Below are positions 9,400-18,880 of a stretch of DNA of 64,000 bases, piece after piece. Made by a program: the position numbers and the translations under genes. Each line of letters opens with the position of its first letter. Position 1 is the first letter of the stretch. Under the pieces are notes generated by a model, which did no database searches, was not told the origin of the DNA, and saw nothing but the letters and a program-made list of their open reading frames with translations. The stretch is taken from assembly GCA_964508925.1 (NCBI GenBank), contig CAZDVM010000008.1:97774-161773 (forward strand), read 5' to 3'. This DNA comes from an uncultured Pirellulales bacterium. GTDB taxonomy: Bacteria > Planctomycetota > Phycisphaerae > Sedimentisphaerales > Anaerobacaceae.

Positions 9400-10374
9400 T
9401 TGAAGGATTCAAGGATGCATCCTGAAATGGAAGAAAAAGGAATTTCAGAGGAAAAGAAGACATTCGATTTTTCCAGGAATCTTACGTCTATCGACGAATA
9501 TGCCCGCAAGCAGGGAGTCAGCACCGAACTGGTAAAAAGATGTGCCAAGCTGGGTGTTGTAAAGGTGAGGAAATTCAGGGGACAAACCTTCGTGATCGAT
9601 AATTCTCTTACCAGCAAGGAGGACCTTCTGGAAAATCTCGATATGGAGCCGGAGGAAAATGAAGAAGAGGCCTTGAGCCTTGATGTAAAGGAAGAAAAGA
9701 ATTTCGATGAGGATGAGCTCTTCGAGCCGGAACATAATGAGAGCGTGAAGGAGCCCACGCGAGAGGATGTAAACAGGGAGATGCAAAAGCTTAATAATAT
9801 CATGCAGCAGGCAAAGGCCAAGTCGGCCTCCAATTCTTATAAAAAAGCAGCTGAGCCGAAGCAGGAGATCAATGACGATACAGATGTTCCCGGCAATATC
9901 GATGCCCACAGGCTGCGGGATATTAAGCAAAAATTTCAAAATGAAAGTGACCAAAAGCAGGAGGAAGCAAGACCCGGTTTTATAAGGATAATGGCGAATC
10001 GTTTATGGCAGGTAGTTGCGGTAATTCTTTTTACGATGCTGCTTGTTGCGGGGCTTTCGGCGGCATGGCTTTACATGAACAACCAGGTGAATGTTGACCG
10101 TCTGAACGAAACCAAGGCTGCACTACAGACAACTGCAAAAGATACAACTAATTATAAACAGAAGGCACAGCAGCTGCAGAATAAACTTGTGGATACGAAA
10201 TCCGAACTGGGAAAGATCGAGGCGGGATACGAAGCATCGCAGGCGGAAATTCTTTCACTAAAAAAAGAATTATCGCAGGCAAAGTCTAATATCAAAGAAA
10301 TGCGTAACAAAAACAACGAGGCAATCGAGAGATTGAACAAGCAGATCATTAAGCTGAAAAGTCTGCAGAAATAA
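9400..10374 (+). CDS. Hypothetical single-pass membrane protein with N-terminal HTH-like segment, acidic linker and C-terminal coiled coil
   Basis: 324 aa. N-terminal ARKQGVSTELVKRCAKLGVVKV (HTH-like), acidic region, one TM segment (WQVVAVILFTMLLVAGLSAAWLY), then heptad-rich C-terminus. Start could be the ATG at 9415. Confidence 0.5.
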   Translation: MKDSRMHPEMEEKGISEEKKTFDFSRNLTSIDEYARKQGVSTELVKRCAKLGVVKVRKFRGQTFVIDNSLTSKEDLLENLDMEPEENEEEALSLDVKEEKNFDEDELFEPEHNESVKEPTREDVNREMQKLNNIMQQAKAKSASNSYKKAAEPKQEINDDTDVPGNIDAHRLRDIKQKFQNESDQKQEEARPGFIRIMANRLWQVVAVILFTMLLVAGLSAAWLYMNNQVNVDRLNETKAALQTTAKDTTNYKQKAQQLQNKLVDTKSELGKIEAGYEASQAEILSLKKELSQAKSNIKEMRNKNNEAIERLNKQIIKLKSLQK

Positions 10375-10799
10375 AGGCTTTTCGGCATTTCATAATTTCA
10401 TTTTCGAAGATCTTTTGCGGGCAAGTCCTATATTATTCGCTTTAAAAGGCGTTGTATGAAGGGGTGGAAAATTTTCTTAAAATTTTTGAATTTTGTTCGG
10501 TTTTTGTTTGGGTTTTCCAGGTCGGTTTGCCGATAGAGTTATACACATTGCAAATGATAAAAAATGATCGGATGAAACCATGAAAAAAGAAGATAATAAA
10601 AAACCTTTATGTGTATTCGGGCCGGGCGGAGATTTCAATTCGATCCTCCGTTCAAGTGCTGAATTATCAGAAAATGAAAGCGGAGGACCGCTGGGTTCGG
10701 CTCTGGCTTTGATCAGGGATACTCTGAAGACTCTTTTGAGTCCGGACTCATATGAATATTCAGATGATGTAAGTGAAGTATTTAACGAAAAGGAAAAAA

Positions 10800-11426
10800 A
10801 TGTTAACACCACGTCAATTGGAATTGTTGAAAACGGTAAAAGATCTAACAGACAGCAACTGTTATTCCCCGTCAATAACAGAGCTGGCGACAGAAGCGGG
10901 AATAAGCCGAAGCACCGCATACGAACATATAAGCGAACTCAAAAACAAAAAAATGCTCACAGCTATCCCCGGCAAGGCTCGCTCTTTGAAAACAACTTCA
11001 AAGGCACTAAAACTGCTTGAGCAGTTAGATCGCCAACCGGAGGCAGAATCGAACGGATCGGGTATTCCGCTTTTGGGAAGGGTAGCGGCAGGTATGCCTA
11101 TTGAGGCGGTTGAAAACAGGGAATATTTGTCACTTGAGGATCAATTTGCCGTTTCCGATGATTCTTTCGCCTTAATGGTCAAAGGTAACAGTATGATCGG
11201 TGACAATATTTTTGACGGGGATTATGTGATCTGCAGGAGAACTGCCGCAGCCCGAAACGGAGAGCTTGTAGTTGCGATCATCGATAATGAAAATGCAACT
11301 CTGAAGAGATTTTTCAAGGAAAGTGACAGAATTCGGCTTCAGCCTTCCAATGAAGATTATGAACCGATCTATACGGACAACTGTCGGATCGAGGGTGTGG
11401 TTACCGGTTTGATGAGAAAATACTAG
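10800..11426 (+). CDS. lexA: LexA repressor
   Basis: LTPRQLELLK...ITELA...GISRSTAYEHI (LexA wHTH), then VAAGMPIEAVEN (Ala-Gly self-cleavage site) and GNSMIGDNI...GDYVICRR (S24 Ser/Lys). The ATG at 10800 has an AAGGA RBS. The ORF-track start at 10773 is a GTG. Confidence 0.9.
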   Translation: MLTPRQLELLKTVKDLTDSNCYSPSITELATEAGISRSTAYEHISELKNKKMLTAIPGKARSLKTTSKALKLLEQLDRQPEAESNGSGIPLLGRVAAGMPIEAVENREYLSLEDQFAVSDDSFALMVKGNSMIGDNIFDGDYVICRRTAAARNGELVVAIIDNENATLKRFFKESDRIRLQPSNEDYEPIYTDNCRIEGVVTGLMRKY

Positions 11427-12240
11427 AAGACTCTTCTATACACGATCTATTGGCCTGTACCATAAGGGAGGCCAGTCTTTCTGCAACCATAAATGACGGC
11501 CAGGTATTAAATTTTCGCTGATGATTGTTTTCATACCATGCAGTGTATAAGGGTAAAATAACCGCTTCTATTTCCCGCCCTTCCAGTTCTGAGGTCAGCA
11601 TAGCAAGTACATCCGACATTCTTAAAGGCATCTGGATGACCTTGAGGCGGGGATTTTTTTCTAGGCAGCTTTGTTCGCTTCCCACTACCAGATGTTCCCT
11701 GCATACGAGAGGGCGGCAGTTATAAATACTGCATTTGCCGTATTTTAAAAAAGGGCAGGACATTTCAAGGTGGTCGTAACTTTCTGCGATCTGCTGGATG
11801 TTTTTGCCCTGAAGTGTTTTGTTTTCGAGGATCTTTTTGGAATTTACCAGGCATTTAATGTTAATCTGTTCTCTTTGCCATTTGTCCATTATTTCGAGTT
11901 CATCGTTTAGTCTCAGGCTTTCGGGTACAGTTGCGGGGACGAGATATTTGCAGCATTTATTGCAGCCGGCTTTACAGGGAATATTATGGCCTTGCTCCTG
12001 AAGATATTGTATTACCGAGCTGCTTATCTTATCACTGATCTGTCTTGCTGCAGGTACTAATTCCACGAGTGTTGTTTTGTCTTTTGAAATTCCCAGATTT
12101 ATATTTAATTTTTTTTCATAAATCTGCAGGCTCAGTCCTATAATGTGTTGGTAATGACTGGAATTTTTATTCAAATTTTTTTCATTTACCAATGATATTG
12201 CAGGTTCTTTAAACATAAAAAAGCCGGCCTCCATGACCAT
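11401..12240 (-). CDS. YkgJ-family zinc/iron-chelating (CxxCxxCC) domain protein
   Basis: CKAGCNKCCKYLVP and CPFLKYGKCSIYNCRPLVCREH motifs characteristic of the YkgJ/UPF0153 family. Convergent with lexA, overlapping it by 26 nt. Confidence 0.65.
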   Translation of the reverse strand: MVMEAGFFMFKEPAISLVNEKNLNKNSSHYQHIIGLSLQIYEKKLNINLGISKDKTTLVELVPAARQISDKISSSVIQYLQEQGHNIPCKAGCNKCCKYLVPATVPESLRLNDELEIMDKWQREQINIKCLVNSKKILENKTLQGKNIQQIAESYDHLEMSCPFLKYGKCSIYNCRPLVCREHLVVGSEQSCLEKNPRLKVIQMPLRMSDVLAMLTSELEGREIEAVILPLYTAWYENNHQRKFNTWPSFMVAERLASLMVQANRSCIEESSSIFSSNR

Positions 12241-12314
12241 ATCTAATTTTTTTCAATGCTTTTTTAAATACCTACAAATCTCATCGGTACTTTTTAAGGG
12301 TTGCTTCAGCAGCT

Positions 12315-12830
12315 TTATTGCTGTTCTTTTTTTAGTACCAGCGTTTCAGCCAGTATATCGTGAAGCCCCTGATGTCTGGGGGTAAATGCTATCATGATAA
12401 AGCCGATGCCGAAGATGGCCAGTGATATGTACTTGCCGAAATGCCTGCCTGTAGCCCTTGCGAAGCTGATCTTATTGCGATCCAGGTTGGTGACTTTTAT
12501 GCCTAAAGCCATTTTCCCGAGGGTCGCCTGCAGATTGCTGCTTTCCATTATGGCAAAGTAAAGCCATGCGACCAGCATTCTTATGAATATGAGAATCGGT
12601 GTGACCAGAACAAGTACAACTATAAAGACTTTTTTATCGATCTGCATGATGCTGCCGGGACCTGTTCGCAGAATAAGGAAAATCAAAAAGATCGTCAGTA
12701 TAAACAGTAATCTGAAGAAAAGAGTAATCGCTGTTACGAATAAAAAATCAACGAAAGCAGCGATGAGTCTTTTAACAAATCCGGCGTAAATTTTCGTTTC
12801 TTTTTCGCTTTGATATTTTTTATCAACCAT
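12315..12830 (-). CDS. RDD family membrane protein
   Basis: RLIAAFVDFLFV...R..D motif arrangement of the RDD family. 3-4 TM segments. Confidence 0.7.
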   Translation of the reverse strand: MVDKKYQSEKETKIYAGFVKRLIAAFVDFLFVTAITLFFRLLFILTIFLIFLILRTGPGSIMQIDKKVFIVVLVLVTPILIFIRMLVAWLYFAIMESSNLQATLGKMALGIKVTNLDRNKISFARATGRHFGKYISLAIFGIGFIMIAFTPRHQGLHDILAETLVLKKEQQ

Positions 12831-12947
12831 TTTATTTCCTCCCGAGAAATTTATTTCTTTTATTTTATTTTACTGGACTTAAGATAGCAAGTTTAATTAA
12901 CATGATACCGTAAATAATAATAATTTTATAAAAAGGGAACGGATAAT

Positions 12948-13373
12948 ATGGCAAACATACCGCCGCCGATATTGCTTTCAGCAGTTATATGTGACCGGGT
13001 GATCATCGATAAGATGACGGGAATGCCTTCTCTGATAAATATAATCCAGACGTTAAGGGCACCAAAATTTCCAACCCGTATGCGTCTTCTTGTATTTTTC
13101 TGTGAACTTACCAACGGCAGAGGAAATGCCAGCACCAAGGTTCGGCTGATAGAATCTCAAAAGAAGGAGAAGGTTATGTTCGAACAGAAAGGAAGTGTCA
13201 AATTTCAGGACATAAAGCAGATTGTGACGATGAGTCTTAATATGCAGGGAGTGGTTTTTCCTGAGCCTGGAGAATACCGCTTTCAACTGTTTGTAGATGA
13301 GGAACTTATCGGGGAAAGGCGGCTTCAATGCAAAAAAACAGAGAGAAAGCAAGGCCCTCCTCCGAAAAAATAA
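12948..13373 (+). CDS. Hypothetical protein
   Basis: 141 aa. ATG with GGA-rich RBS. No recognisable domain by eye. Confidence 0.4.
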   Translation: MANIPPPILLSAVICDRVIIDKMTGMPSLINIIQTLRAPKFPTRMRLLVFFCELTNGRGNASTKVRLIESQKKEKVMFEQKGSVKFQDIKQIVTMSLNMQGVVFPEPGEYRFQLFVDEELIGERRLQCKKTERKQGPPPKK

Positions 13374-13450
13374 TTATTGTAATTTTTCTGTATTTATACA
13401 TAATCAAGGCCTAATTAAAATTTTAATCAAAGAATTTACGGGGGTTAAGG

Positions 13451-14473
13451 ATGATCAAAAAAACTTTTTGCTTTTCGTTAATATTTTTAGTCTGTTCGAT
13501 AACTGCTGCGGATAAAGTTTATTTGAAAAACGGGGACAGCCTTACTGGCAAGATAAAGACTATGACGGATAATAAGCTTGTTCTGAAATCTGAAATGGCA
13601 GGTGAGATCCAGATACCTTTTGAAAATATAAGAACCTTCGGTACCTCAGAAGCGGTTAAACTTCAGCTTCAAGACGGGTCAGTTATAAATGTAAAAACAG
13701 AGTCCTCCGAGCCGAATACAGTTTCTATCAAAGAAGGACAGACTTTAGAGAAACAAAGTTTAGCTTTCTCGGAGCTGAAATCGATAAACCCACCCCCTGA
13801 GAAAAAACCGAGATGGGCAGGTGACTTTTCCGCGGGGTATTCCAGTACTCACGGCAACACGCAAACACAAAACATCTCAGCAAGTTTCAATATGAAGAAA
13901 AGAACCGAAAATGACAGGACCACCTTCACCGGTGACTATGCCCGCAGTGAACAGACAGACGATGACACCGGCGAAGATGAGACTACGGAAAACTGGTGGA
14001 GGCTGAAGGGGAAATATGATTATTTCTTCTCGAAGAAATTTTATACATATCTTGACACCCGATATGAAACCGATGAAATAGCTGAACTTGACAGCAGGTA
14101 TATTGTGGGATCAGGTTTCGGTAAGCAGTGGATAGAATCCGAAGAGATGAATTTTTCCACAGAAGGCGGCCTCGCTTATGTAAAAGAGAATTTCGAAACC
14201 GAGGGCGATAATTCTAATTGTACCGTTCAGATGGGATATAATTTCGATAAGAAGATCAACGACAAATTGAAGATCATTAATGACCTCACTTATTATCCTT
14301 CGTGGGAAGATGTTTCAGATTATATTCTCACCACGACCGGTGAGATAAGATATAAACTGAACGACAGATTATTTACCAATTTCAGGGCTATTTTCGATTA
14401 TGATTCTACACCTGCAGAAGGAGCAGGCAATACAGATACTAAATACTTACTGGGAGTCGGGGGAACCTTTTAA
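13451..14473 (+). CDS. DUF481 (YdiY-like) outer-membrane beta-barrel protein
   Basis: Signal peptide, then alternating beta-strand pattern. C-terminal ...NFRAIFDYDSTPAEGAGNTDTKYLLGVGGTF matches the DUF481 C-terminus. Confidence 0.7.
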   Translation: MIKKTFCFSLIFLVCSITAADKVYLKNGDSLTGKIKTMTDNKLVLKSEMAGEIQIPFENIRTFGTSEAVKLQLQDGSVINVKTESSEPNTVSIKEGQTLEKQSLAFSELKSINPPPEKKPRWAGDFSAGYSSTHGNTQTQNISASFNMKKRTENDRTTFTGDYARSEQTDDDTGEDETTENWWRLKGKYDYFFSKKFYTYLDTRYETDEIAELDSRYIVGSGFGKQWIESEEMNFSTEGGLAYVKENFETEGDNSNCTVQMGYNFDKKINDKLKIINDLTYYPSWEDVSDYILTTTGEIRYKLNDRLFTNFRAIFDYDSTPAEGAGNTDTKYLLGVGGTF

Positions 14474-14628
14474 CAGGGAAAAAGTTAAAATAAACCCAAA
14501 AACATTTGGTTTTATGTTCATAATTATGCCGGTTTTAAAAACAACCCTCTTTCTCCCATTCCCTGACCAGCAGATCTCAGGTTACGAATAATGCCTTTTA
14601 CTCGTCCTTTTTACTAAGCAGCCGCTTT

Positions 14629-14808
14629 TTAAATATCAACATCCAGTAAAGACGGTTCAATGAAATCGGCAAGCTGTGCTATGAGTTTTCCCTGCAAAGT
14701 ATGCAGATCAAGCAGTTTTTCGAGAGTTTCAGCAGCTTTTGACCTGTCGAATTTTACTTGAACCTCTTTCTGTATGTTATGGCGGCCATTTTGTACCTCT
14801 TTGAACAT
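14629..14808 (-). CDS. Candidate small ORF (59 aa) divergent from the XRE-S24 repressor gene
   Basis: Absent from the ORF track. Translation MFKEVQNGRHNIQKEVQVKFDRSKAAETLEKLLDLHTLQGKLIAQLADFIEPSLLDVDI. It shares the 160-nt operator-bearing intergenic region with the repressor gene, a CI/Cro-like arrangement. No strong RBS. Confidence 0.3.
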   Translation of the reverse strand: MFKEVQNGRHNIQKEVQVKFDRSKAAETLEKLLDLHTLQGKLIAQLADFIEPSLLDVDI

Positions 14809-14856
14809 AATAATCCTTTCTCCGCTATTGACTTTGCAATAGCGATGTGTTACAAA

Positions 14857-14944
14857 TATTTCGCAAATATAAATTATACAGCCGTATATTATCGTTTATG
14901 CGAATATTTTTAAGTATTTACTTACGTTTTTGCGAATTATTTTG
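14857..14944. promoter_or_regulatory. Three copies of a TTGCGAAWWATTT operator-like motif (one inverted) in the repressor promoter
   Basis: TATTTCGCAAATAT (14857-14870, inverted), TATGCGAATATTTT (14897-14910), TTTTTGCGAATTATTTT (14926-14944), all within 110 nt upstream of the ATG at 14967. Confidence 0.5.
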
Positions 14945-14966
14945 AGTTTTTTTAGACCGGCAGATA

Positions 14967-15923
14967 ATGAGCAGTAATTCAGACCAGCAGATCATAGAAA
15001 GGGTGAAGATCCTGCGCGATAAATTTGCAGGGCCTCGAGGTAAAAGCAAGTTTGCCAAGGCGATTGGCATCAGCCCATCGACGTATAATTATTACGAAAA
15101 AGACCGGGTACCGCCTATTGAGACCCTGGTCAAAATGGCGGAACTGTCCGGTGCTGACCTGGTATGGCTTTTGACCGGCAAAAAAAACACAGAAAAACTT
15201 CAGCTGGGGCCTAACCAGGGATTGATAAAGAAGATCATCAGGCTGCTGGATGAAAACCAGGAGCTTGCGGGGCCTCTGGAAGCTTTTGTAGAACTTCTGG
15301 AAGCTCAACAGGAAATAGAGAATAAGGGTAAGTCAAAAAAAGTTAAGGATGATAAGGGCGGGGATAACTGGATCCCGGTGCTGGGAAGAACGGCAGCGGG
15401 GATTGCTTACAAGTGGAACGAAACTTTAAAACAACAAAGGCCCGATGTTACGGAACTTAAAGATATCGTTAAAGAACATACCGGAAAGGACATCTTAGAC
15501 AGCAGGGAGAAGAAAATCGAGATAGACCTGAAAGCCAGACCTTTGATGGAAAATCTTTCGGAGGGGGAAGTTAGCATTGTCAGGGTTACTGAAAATAACG
15601 GGGATGAACTGTTCGAATTCGTGGACAGTGAAAAAATAATCAGTATGTTCTCGGATGCGTTTGCATTGCATATTGACGGCGACAGCATGTCTCCGAAGAT
15701 AAATGACGGTAATATAGTGATAGTCAGTCCTTCAGTTAATGCTATCGAAGGCCAGACAGCAGTGGTAAAGATAAAGGATCAGATAGGAGTTACATGCAAA
15801 TTATTCCGTAAAGATGGGGGAAAAGTGCACCTGATCCCCGTCAATGAGAAATTCGATACTAAAGTATTCGATGAAAATGAACTTGAATGGGCCCTGGCAG
15901 TTTTGTGTCATGTCGATTTTTGA
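14967..15923 (+). CDS. LexA/CI-like self-cleaving repressor: XRE-family HTH fused to S24 peptidase
   Basis: 318 aa. N-term FAKAIGISPSTYNYYEKDRVPPIETLVKMAELSGADLVWLLTG (Cro/C1 HTH). LGRTAAGIAYKWNE (LexA-like Ala-Gly cleavage region). C-term GDSMSPKINDGNIVIV...KLFRKDGG (S24 Ser/Lys dyad). Confidence 0.85.
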   Translation: MSSNSDQQIIERVKILRDKFAGPRGKSKFAKAIGISPSTYNYYEKDRVPPIETLVKMAELSGADLVWLLTGKKNTEKLQLGPNQGLIKKIIRLLDENQELAGPLEAFVELLEAQQEIENKGKSKKVKDDKGGDNWIPVLGRTAAGIAYKWNETLKQQRPDVTELKDIVKEHTGKDILDSREKKIEIDLKARPLMENLSEGEVSIVRVTENNGDELFEFVDSEKIISMFSDAFALHIDGDSMSPKINDGNIVIVSPSVNAIEGQTAVVKIKDQIGVTCKLFRKDGGKVHLIPVNEKFDTKVFDENELEWALAVLCHVDF

Positions 15924-16085
15924 AAATTTTAATATTTAACCGGAACTTTTTTTATAAAAAAAAGGATTCTGAGATTTATTCTAAATTAATGCATCTAAAT
16001 TGTTTTGTTGAACTTTTTATTTGGCATGTTATAATCGGTAAGATTTTATAATAGGGGAAGTATATTATTTTGGAGAGTATCTTTT

Positions 16086-17153
16086 ATGTTTAAGAACATT
16101 TTACGTTTCATTTTTATTGTTGTAATTGCCGCAGTTATCATAGTTAATCTGACCATTCCCGAAATTTCAGGAGAAGTCGGCAGGAAGAATTTTTTCGTAA
16201 TCCTCTGGAGCGGTATCGGACTTGCAATAATAACTCTTTTAATTGACCTTTTTATGCCTAAAAAGTCGCTTGCGGGGCTTGCGGGCGTGTTTTTCGGTCT
16301 TTTGGTGGGAGTTTTCATCAGCTGGGTGCTTGCCCTTGTATTGAAAATGATGAACGAGATTTACAACATAGGATTGACTGTTACCGGGGTGCAGGCGATA
16401 CAATGGCTATTGGGTATATGTATTTGTTACACGGTTATCACCATAGTTTTGAGGACGAAAGACGATTTTCGTTTTGTAATTCCTTATGTCGAATTTGCAA
16501 AGCAGACCAAAGGTGCCAGGCCCCTGGTTATGGACACCTCAGCTATTATAGACGGCAGAATCGCCGACCTTTATAATAATAACCTGTTCGATGCCCCGAT
16601 AATCGTTCCCAGGTTTGTGATAAACGAACTGCAGCTTCTTGCGGATTCCTCTGATAAACTGAAAAGGAACCGCGGCAGAAGAGGGCTCGATATTTTAAGG
16701 TCCATGCAGGAAAACCCCAAGATGGAGGTCGAGGTCGATGAGAGCATCGTCAAGGATTCAGAAGGTAAGGGAGTTGACCAGAAGCTGGTCGTACACTGCA
16801 AAGAGATAAACGGCAGGTTGGTTACTACGGATTACAATCTTTCCAAGGTCGCACAGGTCAGGCAGGTCGATGTGATGAATATAAATGAGCTGGCCAATTC
16901 CATGAAAGCAATTGCCCTTCCGGGTGAAGAGATGACGGTCAAGATCATTCGCGCAGGTGAAGAAGCAGAACAGGGGATCGGATACCTCGATGACGGCACC
17001 ATGGTGGTTGTCGAAGGCGCAAGAGATAAGATCGGAAAAGACCTCAAGATCACCATCACAAGTTCGCTTCAGACTTCTGCAGGTAAGATGATATTCGGCA
17101 AGTTCGAGGGATTTGCAAATAAAAGATCAAAGCAAAGACATCAGAATGTCTGA
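16086..17153 (+). CDS. PIN and TRAM domain protein (YacL-like)
   Basis: N-terminal TM segments, PIN domain (PLVMDTSAIIDGRI...), C-terminal TRAM (MTVKIIRAGEEAEQGIGYLDDGTMVVVEGA). Confidence 0.8.
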   Translation: MFKNILRFIFIVVIAAVIIVNLTIPEISGEVGRKNFFVILWSGIGLAIITLLIDLFMPKKSLAGLAGVFFGLLVGVFISWVLALVLKMMNEIYNIGLTVTGVQAIQWLLGICICYTVITIVLRTKDDFRFVIPYVEFAKQTKGARPLVMDTSAIIDGRIADLYNNNLFDAPIIVPRFVINELQLLADSSDKLKRNRGRRGLDILRSMQENPKMEVEVDESIVKDSEGKGVDQKLVVHCKEINGRLVTTDYNLSKVAQVRQVDVMNINELANSMKAIALPGEEMTVKIIRAGEEAEQGIGYLDDGTMVVVEGARDKIGKDLKITITSSLQTSAGKMIFGKFEGFANKRSKQRHQNV

Positions 17154-18206
17154 TCAATATTTTTCTATCTCCGCTAATAGCTGATCGATAAGCTCTTGTT
17201 CGGGTACCGTGGAAATTTTTTTACCCTTGCTGTAAATATAGCCCTTTCCCTTACCGGCGCAAATGGCGAGGTCGGCATCTTTTGCTTCCCCGGGGCCGTT
17301 GACGACGCATCCCATGACAGCGATCTTCAGAGACTTAGTGACATTTTTTAAAGAGCTTTTGACTTTTTTTGCAAGGCCGATGACATCAACCTGAGTTCTG
17401 CCGCAGGTGGGACAGACGACTAACTCGAGTTTCGGTTTTTCTCTCAGGCCTAGCGATGTCAATATTTCATCTGCAATTTTCGCTTCTTTTACCGGGTCCC
17501 CTGCGATGCTTACCCTTATAGTATCACCGATGCCCTGGGAAAGCAGACTTCCTATGGTGACAGCAGAAGGAACTTTCGCATCTTCTGGCAGGCCTGCATG
17601 GGTAAGGCCGAGATGAATGGGATAATCGAAGTTTTCTGACAACATTTTGTTTACTTCGATGGTTCTCATCGGATCGCTGCTTTTTGCACTCAAAACGAGT
17701 TTTTCAAAATTTCTTTCTTCGAAAAGTTTTACGTAGCTTTTCAATTCCCGGAGCATGTGTTTTGTTCTTTTATTTAAGGGGACATCTTTTTTCAGATTGC
17801 GAATGCTTGCTTCGTTTACCCCTGCACGGACAGCGACATCGTTTGCTTTTGCGGCATCGATTATTCTTAAGATGTCATTTTTACTTTTTATGTTTCCAGG
17901 ATTTAGTCTGATCTTGGCAGCACCTGCTTCTATGGATTCGATCGCTCTGGAGGGACTGAAATGCACATCTGCTATAAGGGGAACATCGACTTGCGGTACG
18001 ATTTTTTTGAAAGCTTCGGTATCTTTTTTAGTTGGTACGGCAAGTCTTACCAGGCCGCAGCCTGCCTTGACCAATTGCTTGACCTGCTTTACACATCTTT
18101 CAATATCGGTGGTCGGCACTTTGGTCATGGACTGTATGATTACAGGGTGGTTATCGCCTAAAGATATGTTACCGATTTTTACGGTTTTGCTTTTCCGTTC
18201 TATCAT
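17154..18206 (-). CDS. ispG: 4-hydroxy-3-methylbut-2-en-1-yl diphosphate synthase (flavodoxin)
   Basis: VKIGNISLGDNHPVIIQSMT...CPTCGRT signature of IspG/GcpE. Confidence 0.95.
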   Translation of the reverse strand: MIERKSKTVKIGNISLGDNHPVIIQSMTKVPTTDIERCVKQVKQLVKAGCGLVRLAVPTKKDTEAFKKIVPQVDVPLIADVHFSPSRAIESIEAGAAKIRLNPGNIKSKNDILRIIDAAKANDVAVRAGVNEASIRNLKKDVPLNKRTKHMLRELKSYVKLFEERNFEKLVLSAKSSDPMRTIEVNKMLSENFDYPIHLGLTHAGLPEDAKVPSAVTIGSLLSQGIGDTIRVSIAGDPVKEAKIADEILTSLGLREKPKLELVVCPTCGRTQVDVIGLAKKVKSSLKNVTKSLKIAVMGCVVNGPGEAKDADLAICAGKGKGYIYSKGKKISTVPEQELIDQLLAEIEKY

Positions 18207-18742
18207 CGATCATTCAATTTTTTTTTAACGAAATTTTCAAATTCCTGGTAGAGTTCCCATGCTTCGACGTAACTGAAAAAACTGGTATCAAGGGTTTTTT
18301 TGTCCATATCTACATTTATTAATTTTCCGTTCCATTCGACAGGCAGTCTTTCTTTGTCATATTTATTAAACTCGAATCTGCAGTTATGTGAAAGATAATT
18401 TCTTATCAGCCTTGCAAATTCATACCAGGGTTCAGATTTAAAAGTCGGATACTGATTGGTTTTTTCGCAATAATCCTTAATATGTTCAAATGCTTCTTTG
18501 ATGAAAGTTCTCAAAAGCATTTTTGCAAATTCATTCAGAGCCAGAGTCCTGTCTTTTTTATTTCTTAAAAGATTAGCCACCTGGTCAAAAGTAACAGTAT
18601 AAGGTCCGAAAGCTGCCATGTGGGTTTCGAGCAGGCTGTATGATCTTCCAGTATCGAACAAAGAATATGCCGCCAGCCCGAGAATAAAATTGTTCTTAGT
18701 ATGCTCCAGCTGGTTCATAAGTTCTGATTTCGTAATTTTCAT
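18203..18742 (-). CDS. Hypothetical helical protein with HEPN-like Rx4H motif
   Basis: 179 aa. Stop overlaps the ispG start by 4 nt (ATGA). LIRNYLSHN in the C-terminal half fits the Rx4-6H HEPN motif. Otherwise no recognised domain. Confidence 0.45.
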   Translation of the reverse strand: MKITKSELMNQLEHTKNNFILGLAAYSLFDTGRSYSLLETHMAAFGPYTVTFDQVANLLRNKKDRTLALNEFAKMLLRTFIKEAFEHIKDYCEKTNQYPTFKSEPWYEFARLIRNYLSHNCRFEFNKYDKERLPVEWNGKLINVDMDKKTLDTSFFSYVEAWELYQEFENFVKKKLNDR

Positions 18743-18880
18743 ATCCTGACCTTTTACTCAAACCTGAAATTCATTTCAGATTTTCAAATAATATCAGCTA
18801 ATTGCAATTTTTTCATGTAAAAATGGGGAAGTTATTGAAAAACTTTGGATTTTAACATCTATTTTTAGAAAAAGTGAGTT

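Noticed and set aside
9147-9833. 228-aa Ser-rich minus-strand ORF
   Set aside because: It is antisense to the 9400-10374 gene and has a low-complexity composition typical of shadow ORFs.
10580-11020. 146-aa ORF starting in the lexA upstream region and running through lexA in another frame
   Set aside because: It would overlap lexA by ~220 nt out of frame. It has no recognisable domain. The upstream part is more likely regulatory DNA. The 425-nt leader of lexA remains unexplained, however.
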